Positions 40,801-54,192 of a stretch of DNA of 64,000 nucleotides are shown here, in pieces. The stretch spans positions 4,166,705 to 4,230,704 of the forward strand of contig OZ199838.1 in the NCBI GenBank assembly GCA_964304625.1, given 5' to 3'. This DNA comes from Kudoa neothunni (Eukaryota; Animalia; Cnidaria). Every line of letters starts with the position of its first letter. Position 1 is the stretch's first letter. The position numbers were made by a program, and so were the translations under genes. Under the pieces are notes generated by a model that did not search any database, was not told the DNA's origin, and worked only from the letters and a program-made list of their open reading frames with translations.

Positions 40801-41350
40801 CGCTGAAATAACAATAAATAAACATAGAAAGTATAAATTATTAAATAAGCCATTAACGCTACTTTGCATTCATTGCAAATACCTAACCGGAAACTGAAGA
40901 TCGTCGAGGGGATTAAAAATCATGTATTGATGGTGAAAAAGTACCATTTTGATACGAACGTACCAATTCTACCAACCCTGGGAGGACTGATAGTACGCAA
41001 TGAATTGAGCGCGCTTGATCATTTATATTACATTATATTTTAACATCTTATCATCAGAAAATCGTTAAATTTAATTTAAAAAAACAATGAAAATTAGGAT
41101 TATATTGTATTATTGGAATGAAAAATAATTGGTTATTCTTTTTTGAGTTAAACTCTTCGAAATAATATCATAAATGTCTTCCTCTAAGGAGGCCAAACTT
41201 ATTGATTGTTTCCTTTCGTGATATTCAAAAAATAATTTCAATTCTTTTACATACTCCAATGCATTCTTAAAGCTAACTATTCTAAATTGTATCCCAAAAA
41301 TATTTTTAAATAGTCGCATTTTATATTTATCTAAACTGGATCTCAAATTT
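37830..41350 (-). mobile_element. 3' remnant of a pogo/Tigger element, interrupted by a hAT insertion
   Basis: Terminus TA|CAGTAGGTAACCGGTAGTACGTAATCCCC. Sequence resumes after 40980 and includes a typical C-terminal QKRITNYF (ORF 41110-41346). Confidence 0.65.
37897..40980 (-). mobile_element. Full-length but dead hAT element
   Basis: TIRs CAGGGTTGCCAGA / TCTACCAACCCTG; flanking duplication GGAGGAC. Transposase pieces FVAEHN, FSLIIDETTD, DNANVM and dimerisation motif SHSSACAKRIFSQLN, with many stops and frameshifts. Confidence 0.9.
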
Positions 41351-42636
41351 ATTGCAATAGCCGGATTCGACCTCTAGATAGCTAGATAAAGAAATTTGAC
41401 CCATTACCATAGATTTATCACAACAATATATTTGATTGATAATATATTTTCAAAATACTTTGTTCACTATAAATCAATCCAACTCAAAATCATAAATTAT
41501 TATCGATTTTATAAATTAAATGAAGTATTGTTCTAAATAGAAACAATTATAAATTAATACCCACTGTTAATCTTATAAAAGTTTAGAAAATAATCTTTTA
41601 TAGGTAAGGTAATAATTGTTAATAACAGGGTACATAAAATCAGAAGGATGTTCATCAACAGAAGCACCAATAGTATTAGTTAAATAAGTCACGTAATAAC
41701 GCGTACATCTACACGTAGTATTCACACTACAGAAATCATACGACATTCGGTAAATTTTTAAAGTTACAATAGTTAAATGTTGTTTTAGAAGGATCATATA
41801 ATTTATTTTATCTGTCGAATCAAAACGAGATTATGTAATTGCTATACTTCCAATAACAACCTTCAAGACTTCTCCATTTTTTACATTCTTAAAATTTGAA
41901 ATTATTTAGCGAAAAAATCATTAATTTGAGAGGTAAAATTTAAATTTGTATTAACATGTTAATTTATGAATGATTTTCTCCCATTGCAGTAACTACTGCC
42001 TTTGTATGTTTAAGCTGAATTCCATGAATGGGAAGTCGACCAGTTCGTTTAGGAGCCCTCTAAAAAATTAGTTTGTATCGTTCAATACTTGTTGCAGATA
42101 TTCTCACAAAAATTACTATTTTATAATTTTTATCTAAAAAGTGAGCCAAATTATAATTAACACTAAAATTGTAATGACGAACTTAATTCTCTTTGAATAA
42201 AATTTTTTATTTTTTTCTTATCCATGAATCGAAGCCTTGTTGAAGATATATAATGTTAAAAAATGAAATAAGATGAGTTTATTAATTTATTTTTTTGAAA
42301 ATCCCATATTATGAGAATTTACAGACCATATAGCTTTAATATGGTTATATAAATTTATTACAAACAAATAACATACGAAAGTTTATATATATATTAATCC
42401 CAAAACAGGCGCCTGTATTTGATAAAAATTCATTAAATTAACAAAATGATCGTTGGTATTTTTCGAATATGCATATATGGAAAATAGGATCAGAAATTTT
42501 CTTGATCTATAATGGAAGATACAAAAGTGAATTGTTTAAAATAATTATTAGAAAGAAAAAAATGTTAAAAACAGTAAAATGAGGGTGATAAAATTTTGAC
42601 ACTTCAATAAAGTATTTAAGTATGGAATTATCATTT

Positions 42637-44473
42637 TTACCAATCGTCAGACTCCTCACCAGATTCATCAGATTCACCTTCGCTCGAGCCTAAATAGAGA
42701 TAAGTTAGGTCGATTATCAAATAAAGATTAGGAATTATTATTTGTTGGTAGAGAAAATTACTGGCTTTGACTTTGGAACGGAATGTCGCCAAATTATTTA
42801 CAAGAGCTCCAAGAATTCCTTCTTCATCCTATTGAATGAGTGATTAACTATCAGGAAATCTCAACGATTACTTCGTCGCTAGAATCTTCGTTCATTTCTA
42901 CTTTCTTTAGCATTTTTCCCTTTTGAATTTGGTCTTGGAAGGACGGTGCAGGTCCGGATGCCGATTTATTAGATGAACTTGGTGGTTTGGCAGCAGGTGG
43001 GGGCGGTGCAACTCCAGCGGGTGGTGGTGGGGGTGGAGGTGGCGGGGCAGCTTTAGTAGATGACGAATCAACCGTTTTAGATGGTGGAGGTGGAGGTGCC
43101 GCGGCTTTAGTCTCGACTTTTGGTTTGACAACTGAACTTTGTTCATGATCCTTCTTATTCTTCTTATTTTCTGTAAGTTTATCCCAAAATGTTATAAAAA
43201 CTTGTCCATTTTCAAACAACTACTTTTTTTTTCGATTGCATCAGCATATTTGTCAATTCCTCCATTTTTTGCTACGAGATCAATCATATGGGATGTTTCT
43301 TCGTGTGTAATTTCAGCTGCAGATGATCCATAAAGAAATCTGATTAATTCTTTCCATTTGTGACTGTCTTGCATATTCTACAGAAATCCATCCATTCATT
43401 TATGTGTTAAACAGATAAAAATAATTTAAGATAAAAATTTAATTAAAGTGAATTATGAAATCAAATATAAAACCTACATCGATACCAGTGATACCATCGT
43501 GACCAACATGAGTGACCACACTAAATTATTATCAAATATTAAGAAAAGAACTAACCACAAAATTCGCTTAGGTAGTACGTAAAATTGGATGGGCCGCTGA
43601 TTTCAAGACGAGGTTTTTCATTTTTTAATGACTTTTTGGGCTTGGATTTCTCTACTTTCTTTTTCTTTTCCTTTTCCTTTTCCTTTTCGAGAGTTGGAGC
43701 ATCTAATAATATTTTAAATTGTGAACAAAATGATCCGACCCTTAATACCACTGTCACTTTTTCTTTGTTTTTGAATCTTTTTGGAAGATTTTTCTGCAGA
43801 AATACGTAACGCATTAGATGGTAAAATTTAAACTGCAGTATTACTTCCTTCAATGGAAGACTTTTTATCAGATCGAGATTTGCCTTTTGGTCGAACTTTA
43901 GCTAACACCTCATTTTCGAATAAGTGAAATTCACTTTTTTCGCAAAACAATATTCCCCAAAGACAGGCCTAAGTTTCAAGTGAAATCAATAGAAGATTGT
44001 AGATTAATGGTTGAATTTACGTGGGCTTCAAATGCCAAAAAATGGTTTGATGATTTATATAAAACAATGGTTTTATACAGTTCCTGTTCCATATCTACAT
44101 CCTGTCCCTAGGTTTACGTTAAACCAGCAGATAATTATTTTTGTTGGGTTTGAGATTAGAAGTTACATCCATCGAAAAGAATCGAACGAAATAACTCTTT
44201 CTATTCGCATCCCTTACAAGACAAACAACTCCCGAGCCCTGATAAGTCCACTTATTGTGACTAGGTCCTTCGGTGGTAAAAAGTTGAGACACTCCTACCA
44301 CACTCGTCTAGATATTTTTGTTGATCAAAAAATCAAATTATGGCATCAACCACAAATTTTAAAATGAAAAGATTTACGGTTGAATTTGAACCGATTCGAG
44401 AGAAAACTTCTTCATTCTCTCCGGCACTCAACAATGAGCTAGAATGGTTATTCCGTTGTACGGCGGGTGGCAT
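42637..44473 (-). CDS. WASp: WASP/N-WASP family Arp2/3 activator, ~10 exons
   Basis: WH1 (SSLLS..EN..VF, GVVCLVRD...KSYFVR, EQELY), basic region, CRIB-like ISGPSNFTVVTHVG, poly-Pro, WH2 (DQIQKGKMLKKV), central helix, acidic end ...SDDW*. Confidence 0.93.
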
Positions 44474-45589
44474 TTAATAAAATTATAAAATAATGGCAGT
44501 GCAACTCGAAAGCTTATTTTACGAGATATGATTTTCGTAATCGGCTATCATTTATCGCCTTAACTTTTTATATCACATTATTTTGTTGTATTTTTATTAA
44601 GAAAAGTTATCAGGTTTTAATTTTTCTTATGTTTCTTTATTTCCAATCATAAATACTATTTAATGATTTATTTGAACACCCATAATTAATGCTTTGCCAC
44701 CTACAAATTTGAAATCTCTTGTTTCCAGCTACTCAAAGCTAACCTTAATATTAAATTTCAACTTGATTACAAGTTATACTTTTATATAATTTTAATTTTT
44801 TCGCACGCTCGGTTATTGATATGACTTATTCCTAAAATACTTATGCTTATATGAATTATTTTTTACAAATTTTGATAAGAGTATTAGAGCTTATTACTGG
44901 AGTTGATAACACATTTCTCGGATTTACTTTAAATGTTAATATTTTCTTTAGAAATAATTTTCTTTGATTGTTAGATGAACATTCTTTATTGGATCAGTTT
45001 ATTCAGGTTTGAGAGCTCATAAAAAATAACTGAACTCAACATTAAAGTGTATAATAGGTGCTTGCAGGTTGAGTTTCGTTGTTCGGCCACACCATCATTC
45101 AATAATTTTCCAATAGAATTTAAATACTAAAATAGAGTTACCTAAACTGGGTAGAATAAGTATAGAGTTTAAAAATTGTTATCAGTAAACAATCCTCCGG
45201 AGATTTTGATTTAATAAATGAGAAATAATCTCTCTGCAAAGTCATATTTAAATAAGGAATTCATATTTTCATCATATTCGGAAGCTCTTGGTATATTCCT
45301 ATCTTATACGATCCTTCGCCATAGTCATCTGCGCGGGAAATTCATATTGCTATTTCTCGTCAATATTATTTCTTTAATGAGTTATTCATAAAAATGTATA
45401 AAATGGTTTAATAATCCGAAACTGATATTCACTTAGTATTCATTGTAATTAAAAATTTGGGTTTCTAATGCATTTTTATACTCAATATAATCTGATGTTA
45501 CTTTCTCCCGAATATTGAGAGATGATTCAATTGTTATAAGACTGACTTATGCAATGAAATTTTCTTAGAGATTGGCTGTGTTTTTGTTA

Positions 45590-45823
45590 GGCAGTGGCTA
45601 TTACAATAGATGTTTTTAATCTCAAATAGCATATACGTTTTCGCGATTCCCATATTTAATCCCACCGACTCCTATTTATAATTGCTATATATAGAATGTA
45701 TTTTTAAAATATCCTGTATTTAATTATTTTTTGACTATCACCACCACTACTAGGGGGCATTATTATATACGGTCGAAACTACATTCAATTGAATAATACG
45801 ACCAGTTGTAATAGCCACTCTCC
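45590..45823 (-). mobile_element. ~234-bp MULE-family MITE, copy 3 (inverted)
   Basis: GGCAGTGGCTATTACAA / TTGTAATAGCCACT termini; body matches the reverse complement of 32809-33045. Confidence 0.75.
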
Positions 45824-46043
45824 TTTATTCAAAGTTTGTCGCCTACGCGCGATCATCTGTTTATTTCGCACCCCACTAGTATAATTTACCAGTTTTTTTA
45901 TCAACAATGAATATTTTACTCAATTTTAAAAATTGAGAATGACGTAAATTTTTAAATTTAAATAAATGCCCGGTATTCATTATTTTTTGTATTCGTATAA
46001 AAAAAAAATTTAACGATTATTTTTCAGATCAACTTAACTTTAA

Positions 46044-48526
46044 GGCAGTGGCTATTATCATGTTAGCGTATAATCCCATGTTGGGGCTGTCTATTACCAC
46101 GAAAAAGAATTTCTCTATAATCACAGAATATTATATATTTCTGTTCCGATAATTTTATTAAGAACTTTTATACTATAAAATTCTAATTTTCGTATGAAAA
46201 TTCATTCACCTAATTTTTGGCATTTGCAGCATATAACCGCGTATTTTTCACATTTTTTGTAATAGTTATTTAGTTATTATTAAATATTTTATGATAAAAT
46301 TATTTACTTAAAAAGATGAAAACATAACTAATGGATATCTTAAACACAACATCGAATTTGCAAGTCGTAATAGGGTTCATATAATCATTGATTTAACTTT
46401 GAGTATCTTAAGGTTTTACGATAACTAGAAAAAATTACGCACGAATGATTGATAGGCCACGAATAAACTTTATTATAATTCATGATTTCATAATTCAATT
46501 ATATAGTTTATTATTTTCCCCCTTTCTTCCCGATTACGATCACTCTAAAACCCATTAGTCTTCATACCGCTTTAAACTCTTTAAAAAGTGTAAAGTCTGC
46601 AAAAAATGTAAGTAGACGCACTGAAACTAAAATCTTTGTATTCCAGTAGATTTGGTTAATTTTATATAGCCTGATAAATTAATTCGCTGTGATCTAATTG
46701 GATGCCAATTCTTTTAAAAAAATTAATATCCTAAGCGTTTAGCCGTCAAGCTCAGTACACATTTCTGATAATCATCTTAATTTCTAACGATGATTATTTG
46801 TTGAGAAATTTCTAGTATCAAATCTTTTAATTCTCGTGTGATATTATATATAGAAAGCAATATCTCCCACTCAAAAATTTGAAAACGTGAAATTTACATA
46901 TAGATAGTTTAGAATTCAGAAAATTGATTTTCAAGACGTTGATAGTTTCAAATATTTATCAGTTTTCGCAGAAAATACCTCCTTTATCGATGGCAGAATA
47001 GATGTTAATTCATTAATATACTAGTTTAAAATAACTTCTCTTTTTTATAAATAATACATGCACTACTTATATGACTCGCTTAATGGAAAATCGTTAACTG
47101 TTAGGTATTGGGGAACACTGAAGAAAGTTTAATGTAATTAAGGGTTTAAAACATGAATGAAGTATGATTAGTGAGTCTTTATTGTGATCCAAATAATTTT
47201 TAGGTTTCATCTACACAGAATGGTTCTAGAAAAAAAGAAGACACCTTCATCTCATCATCTATAAATATTATTGCACAAAGCTGATTGGCATCTCCAGTAA
47301 GAATTTTAACATCATAGTTATGATCCAGAGTTAAAATCTTATAAAAATGGTTTATATCATTACGTTAGGAAGATATAAGTTTCGTATATTTATGGCCTTG
47401 AGTGTAATTATTTCACTTGTTTCTTACTGTATTTTAGAATGCAACATTTTTTAATTGGAAAATATAGAAATTAATTCTTATGTTAATTTATTATTACGGT
47501 CAAATTTACGTTGTGGTTGTACACTTGAAGAAAACCTGATATTTTCTGTTGTTATCTTGTAGGTATAAAAATTTTACTTCACGTTTTTTTTCCATCTGAG
47601 CTGACTCCTACCTTCATGTGAGCCGGACATGTGCCTCACCAAATTTTAGTCTCTCTTACACCCTTTGGTCTATTACGATAATAGTCGCCAAAATAACAAA
47701 TGAACTAAATACAATAGAAACTCATCTTCCCATTACATTTTTTGGAAGAGAACCCGTTTGATATAAATAATTTTTTTAATCTCTATCTATAAAATTACTT
47801 GATGATTTTTTTGTATGACTTTAAGAACTCTTCTTGCTGATAAAACGAGATAAATCTTCCTCTACTTAAAAGGTATTACTCTCAGCGATGCCTTCTATTA
47901 TTTTTTAATTGCGCATATTATAATTTCATAAAAAATTATCGTAAATGCGTCGAAATAATTAATTATCGGTAATCATTAATACTGAATATAAAATAGGTAT
48001 AATTCATATGTATAAGTATTATAAGTTTTGTAAGTTTATTTTCATAACATTTTTACACCCTTTTTCAGAGTTATCTGTTTTAAAGTACCTTAAAAGGTCA
48101 GTTAAATATCATTAATCCAAAAGTTTAGATACTAAATTTCTTTTAATGAATAAGAAAATGTATATATATATATATACAGGTTGTTTACTTTAATAGATTT
48201 GATTTAGTTAGGTCGATTTGAGGATGGATCACCAAATTAGGACTCTAACCAGCCTGAAAATACTCAATTGTTTTGGTATAACATCAAAAATTATTTTAAT
48301 AATCGCTTTTTGTATATAAATAAACTGATATTTTAGAATTTTAAATAACCGATTTTTGTAAAATCCAGCATTATGGCTGATTTTTATAGTAAAATTTATA
48401 TCGTTAATTTTAACACGAAAATTTAAAATTTAAAGGATAAAAATATGTTCAAGTGGTAACAAAAATTATAGGTCTAAGAATTCTTAGAATTAGGAGAAAT
48501 TCGTTTTGGTGGCAATAGCCACTGCC
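46044..48526 (-). mobile_element. Heavily decayed, once-autonomous MULE of the GGCAGTGGCTATT family
   Basis: Perfect 13-bp termini; 9-bp TSD TAACTTTAA/CAACTTGAA. Minus-strand remnants GVRET...CPAHMKV..SSDG, AIIFIDDEMK...EPFCVDET and VFPN...FH. Confidence 0.75.
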
Positions 48527-49481
48527 CAACTTGAATGTTACACCAATGTAAAGTCATTTTGTGTACTCTGTACTCGCTAAAATTACCGATACTCACAATC
48601 GATGCCATGAAAACTTGATGTTTTGAACAAGTTATCGAAAAGCCTAGATTACATTTCAAATTTGGTCATAGTTTATGAATATTCCATATTATAACTTCAA
48701 AATGAACTATTACTGTTTTCAATCGTCTAACATTATATATTTAAAAAGATAGAAAATATAATAAATATTTCTCAACAAATTAAATATCTGAATTAGATTT
48801 AGAAAAAGAGATGATATGATAACGACCTCGTTTATTTCAAGAAATGTGCTGTTTGAAAAATTTGTTTTAATGTGTGATGACACTTGATGCATGTTATGAC
48901 GTATTTTAATTGTTTTTTAAATCATTTAACAAAACGTTCGTTATTGTCATAGAAACAAATTTAGATTTTGTTCTTATTAAATTGTTGCCATTTTAAATTT
49001 CATTCATAAATCAAATAAGAATTACTTTGTGATGTTCTTAAAGAGATATCGTTATATATAATTCTTATCACAAATTTATTATTAAATTAACTTAAAATTG
49101 TGCGAACTATTGTTATTAAATTGCTGGATATTTCTGTCAATACTTTACATATTTATAGGGCGAATAAATATTTTGTTAAATTTTTAAATAAAATATTTTA
49201 CATAATCTACGATTATATGAGTTAGTTTATGTTTTCTTTTTGATTCACCTAATTAATACAATTTTATTTTAAAGGATTAAATTAAATATATATTATTAAT
49301 TGAGAATTGGAGATTATTATTTTACTTCATTAAATAATAATTAACATTACAATAAAAGGATGATAAATTCATCCAGATGATTTCATCAACTTGATATGAG
49401 AGGAAATAATATTATTAATAAATGTGTTAATCATTCCTAAAGTAAAAAAAATGAGTCACTTTAGTATAACGGAACCAAATA

Positions 49482-52400
49482 CAGTAATGGATCAGTCGTA
49501 CATAGTTGTATTTGGATACATTTTCTATTTTCCATATGGAACGGCTCGATCATTTTAAAATGGTTTTAAATTATATAATCTCAGGATTACTCGCTTTGAA
49601 TAGTTTACAAGCATAATTGTCACTAATAAACGTAAAAAAGTCGGTAGTGTCTCTTTCCACTACATCGGTGCATGCGCAGGGGATTATAGGATTATATTTA
49701 TTTCGCTTTTTCTGTAGGTTACAGCGCTTTTACAAACAAAACAGCTCATAAAAATGATAAAATATATTTTTTTGTATTAGAATAACTAATCAGAACGTTA
49801 CTTTGAAAATTTCAAATAATTTTTTGTGACTCTAGGTCTACCTTTCGATATAACCTCTTTCATTTGGAACGTTATTATTTTATTCGGCGCATTTTTTCAC
49901 TAATACTATGAGTGACAGTTTTTTCAAAATTTTGAAGTGAGATGAATATCTCATTGTAAAAATTCCGATACTCCTCTCCACCCAATGAATTTAATGTGTT
50001 TAGCACTTTATAAGTTAGCTCATTGTTTTGTCGAAACTTTAAATTCACATTATCATCCTTTGAAGGAGAATCCTCTAATAACATTTCGTTATCAACAAAT
50101 GAATTCGACAATGGTGAATTATCATCGCAAATTTCAGGAAATATAGCGAGTGATTTTCCATTTAAAAGGTTATTTTTAGTCCATCTTATTGTAACGATTG
50201 CTTCACTACTTTTAATAACCATAGCAGAGATTGATTTTAGGTGAACAAAAAAATAAGTTTTTGATTCCCACATTGTAATATAATTATTGGAATTGAAATT
50301 TTCTAATATCTTTTCCCATCAGTAAGGAGAAAAATGAATGAGGAGTTGATTTAATTCAGCATCATTGGATATCCTATGTGTGTTCATAGAAAATTGTTGT
50401 TCTTTGATACTGAATTCGCTATCCAATATATTAACATAACGAAGAATTTCATCTATCTGATTTGGTAATGGAGATTGTTTAGATAAAAAACTTTTGAGTT
50501 TTCCATGGGCTTGTTCAATTCTATTGTTAGTATTGGATCCAAAAGTCATTATGTTTTTTCTCAGATTTAGATTTTGTGCCCACATATCAGAAATACCTAA
50601 CCAAAATTTTGAAAGGTACAAAAAGTATGTGCTATTCGTTTGTTTTATTTCATCTAAAAAGAATAGATATTCATCGTATGATTTAGAATAAATGGCTTGT
50701 TTTGAAAGGGTTTTCAATCTATTTTTTGTATTTTTATTGACTTCCATCAATTTATAAAATGAAGATATCACATTATCAACAAAATTTTGAGTTTCATTTT
50801 TAACAAAAGCGAAGAAAATTGATCGAGCTCGTCCATGAGAATCAACTACTACAAAGTGGTGCAATGGATATCTTTTTTTGTTTACTTTGTAGGTTGCGCC
50901 ATTATGTAAAACTTGACCATAATTAGAATAGAGACTTTTCATATTTCTTGTAATGAAACAGAAAACGTTTAGTTTATCCGATTCTACTTCTTTGTAGATG
51001 TCGAGCAAGAGTTGACAATCGTATATTTCAGAAGGGTCTTTCATAGAGAATGATTCTTGAGTATTCATGTTTGTGCGATGTTTTATATTTCTAATTTTTT
51101 TTAACTGAAAGGGGTGTTCAAATAGGATTCAAGACTTTTTTTTGCTCTTTTGTTATCTGCATTCCAATTAAATCACAATGATAATGTTCGTTTCATCCAT
51201 CGGATACATTCTGATTACGTCAATAGAAGGGTACGTCGTATTTTACATGGTTGTGAGTTAGATTGTAATTAAGCACATATAACGCTTCATTTTGAGTAGA
51301 TATGTTAATAAATGCTGGGCAACCTTTTGATGGCGAGTACTAAGATGAAGATGTACGTTTTTTGAATATTTAACGTCGCCATGTGGGCAGATATATTTAA
51401 TATATCTGTAAATTAATTTTTCTTCGTTAGTATTAACATTACCCGACTGATTATCTTCATTTTTTAAATTTGATGCACCTACCAATTCTGTTATAGAAAC
51501 CAGATTCCTTAATTTTAATGTAAGAACATAACATTTTTGTAACAGTACTTTAAAAAAAATTATCAAGCCATCGTTTCATTTCGGTATATGAAGAAAATTG
51601 ATTTTTCAATAATCTGTGTACACCTTCCGCCATATTAATTTATTATCACCTATTCACTACCATTAAACGTGAGCCCCAAAATAATATTAATATATCGTCA
51701 TCAAATTATATTGTTAAAATAAATTCCGCAATTTCAATTTTATGTGTGGAACTTTATTTATAGAGTTCGCCTCACATTGTTGATTATAAGAGAAGATACT
51801 CGGTTGACTATTGTGAATTCTAACCTAAAATTTATTTTGATACAATATAAATTATCTTTTTGTATACAAGAAGAAAATAATTTTTTTTCTCGTTAATATC
51901 GCATTCCTTAATCATAAACCTTGCAAATATATATCGATAATATGTTTCAAAAAATAACAGCTAAGTTTTGTAATCTGTAATCATTTTACATAAATAAGTA
52001 ATATCTGAAAAATATATTTTATCATTTTTATGAGCTGTTTGTTTGTAAAAGCGCTGTAACCTACAGAAAAAGCGAGATAAATATAATCCTATAATCCCCC
52101 GCACATGCACCGGCGTAGCGGAAAGAGACATTATTAAAAAAGTCACGTGAGGATCAGTCATACGTATCTATTTGCCTTGACAGCAAAATTAAATTTTGGC
52201 ATTTTCTTGTTTCTAATACATTCAAACAATTATTAAGGTTTTATAATTACAAAAATAATAATATAACATATTCTATTTGCAATAGCGGGTCTTAAATACA
52301 TATTTAAATCAAGTAATATCATAATTTATTCATTTTCGTCATTTGTTTAAAATATATTAAATAATTGTTAAAATTAATATTATATAATAATAGCCGGCGA

Positions 52401-54192
52401 GATGACAATAACGCATTCACGAGTTAACCATAACACGCACCACATTGTTGATTAATAGCTTCAGTTATTTGATCCTATGTAATTCCAAATTCCCCAAAAC
52501 CGAAAAATAACTATTTATAGATCTTTGAAATTAAAATATGATATAATAATGTATTATGAGTCCAGGCCAAGCTTTGGTGCAAAAGCTGACACAGTACGCC
52601 ACTTCAAACTTCCTCTAATTTCGACATTAAATTCGATTCTGCTGCAAAAGCAGAAAATTGTTTCTTTCGTTATGATTGGTACTGCGATTGTTAGTCGTAA
52701 AACATTGAAAAGTGGCTACAATAATGAATTGGACGACGATGTTTATAATTGGATCCAACACGTAAGATCGAACAAAATATCACTTTCTGCCGGCGACATC
52801 GTAGAAAAAAGGAATCAGATTTCAAGGTCGGATTATGGAGATAACTTTGATGCTACTAGAGGCTGGTTTCGTGGATTCTCAAAAAGATACAACATAAAAC
52901 GGGTAAATTTAGATGGAGGAGCAGATAAAATCAAATCTACTGATGTTGAAGAATGGATTCCACAATTAAAAAGTATATTGGAAAAATACGATGAGAAAAA
53001 AAAATGTTTTCAATATTGACGAATCCGCATTATTTTATCAACAGCAAAGAAGTAAATTAACATTTATTCTCTGTTATAATGATTGTTAGAGGGAAGCTAT
53101 GTGATCTCACATGAATTCCAATATAAGGGCTCTAGGAAATAAAAAAAAAGAATTTCAATTTTATTTGATGCCTTTATGCTCGGCGAAAAATTGGATCCTC
53201 TTGTTATTGGGAAATTTAAAAAACCAAGATGTTTCAAAAAACATAAAAGATACGCCACTTCCTTGCGGAGCAAATTCAATCGCTTGTATAACTCGAGAAA
53301 TTTTTTCAACATATCTCATTGAACTAAACAAGCAATTTTCAAAATCAAATAGAAAATAGTTTTATTTCTTGACAACGCGAACTGTCATCCAGATATTCAA
53401 CTATCAAATATTGATTTAGTGTTCCTTTCGAAAAACACCACTAGTGTCTTGCAACCATTGACTCGGGTGTCATAAATTCATTCAAAGCAAATTATAAAGG
53501 ACATTTAATACAAAAATTTATCATAAATGTAGAAGAGAAATTACGTCTAACGCCACCTGATATTTTACAAGCAATGAAGGTAATCAAAAGAGCCTGGAAT
53601 GATGTTTCTGCTGAGACAATTATTAACTGTTTTAAAAACGACTGGGTTTCAGAAGTCGGTTGCCGATAATTACTCTTCTGAAACTGAATTAAATAATTGT
53701 TTTCAAGATCCAATTGCAGCGTTTCAAGACGACAACGACGAAATAAACACCGAGATCAACATTATGATACAAGAAGAGAAGAACGTTCCAGTATGTGCTT
53801 TTGAAAATGATGAATTGGGAGCCTATTTTGGTCGAAACGCAACATCGTTCCAAAGATTCAGAATCTGGAGATGAATTTATCGATAAAAAATGTTATATTT
53901 TCAAAGATGGCCTTATTTTATTTAGACGAGCTTGGCAACTATTTTAAACACCATGGCTCAAAGAAATGGCAGCTAATGGCTAATTCTACTGCGAATGTTT
54001 ATTCAGTATTAAATGCTAATTTTAAACAAAAAAAATAACTGATTTTTTTCAACAATGTTTCATTTATAGCTAGTTTTGTGTTTTAATATTTTTTGTGCAT
54101 ATGCTCAAAAAGTATGCACTATCCGGCCGGGACTGGTAATACGCACCATTTCCACATTCCCACGGGGATTATGTACGACCGATCTATTACTG
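49482..54192 (+). mobile_element. pogo/Tigger element (dead) carrying a nested MULE
   Basis: TA TSDs; 23-bp TIRs 21/23 identical (CAGTAATGGATCAGTCGTACATA). Transposase pseudogene ~52500-54060 with CENP-B HTH (ATRGWFRGF.KRY), [15 protein letters not shown] and [10 protein letters not shown]. Confidence 0.9.
49643..52135 (-). mobile_element. MULE/Mutator element (dead) with ~125-bp TIRs
   Basis: Long near-perfect TIRs; perfect 9-bp TSD AAAAAAGTC. Transposase remnants YGQVLHNGATYKVN..RYPL..FVVVD (first catalytic D replaced by G) and NNRIEQAH.KLK. Confidence 0.93.

Noticed and set aside
4072-48176. (TA)n tracts (e.g. 4072, 7421, 12001, 26985, 48161) as arrays
   Set aside because: Ordinary microsatellites. 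No CRISPR-like repeat-spacer structure, and no TnpB/Fanzor motif recognised in the ORF track.
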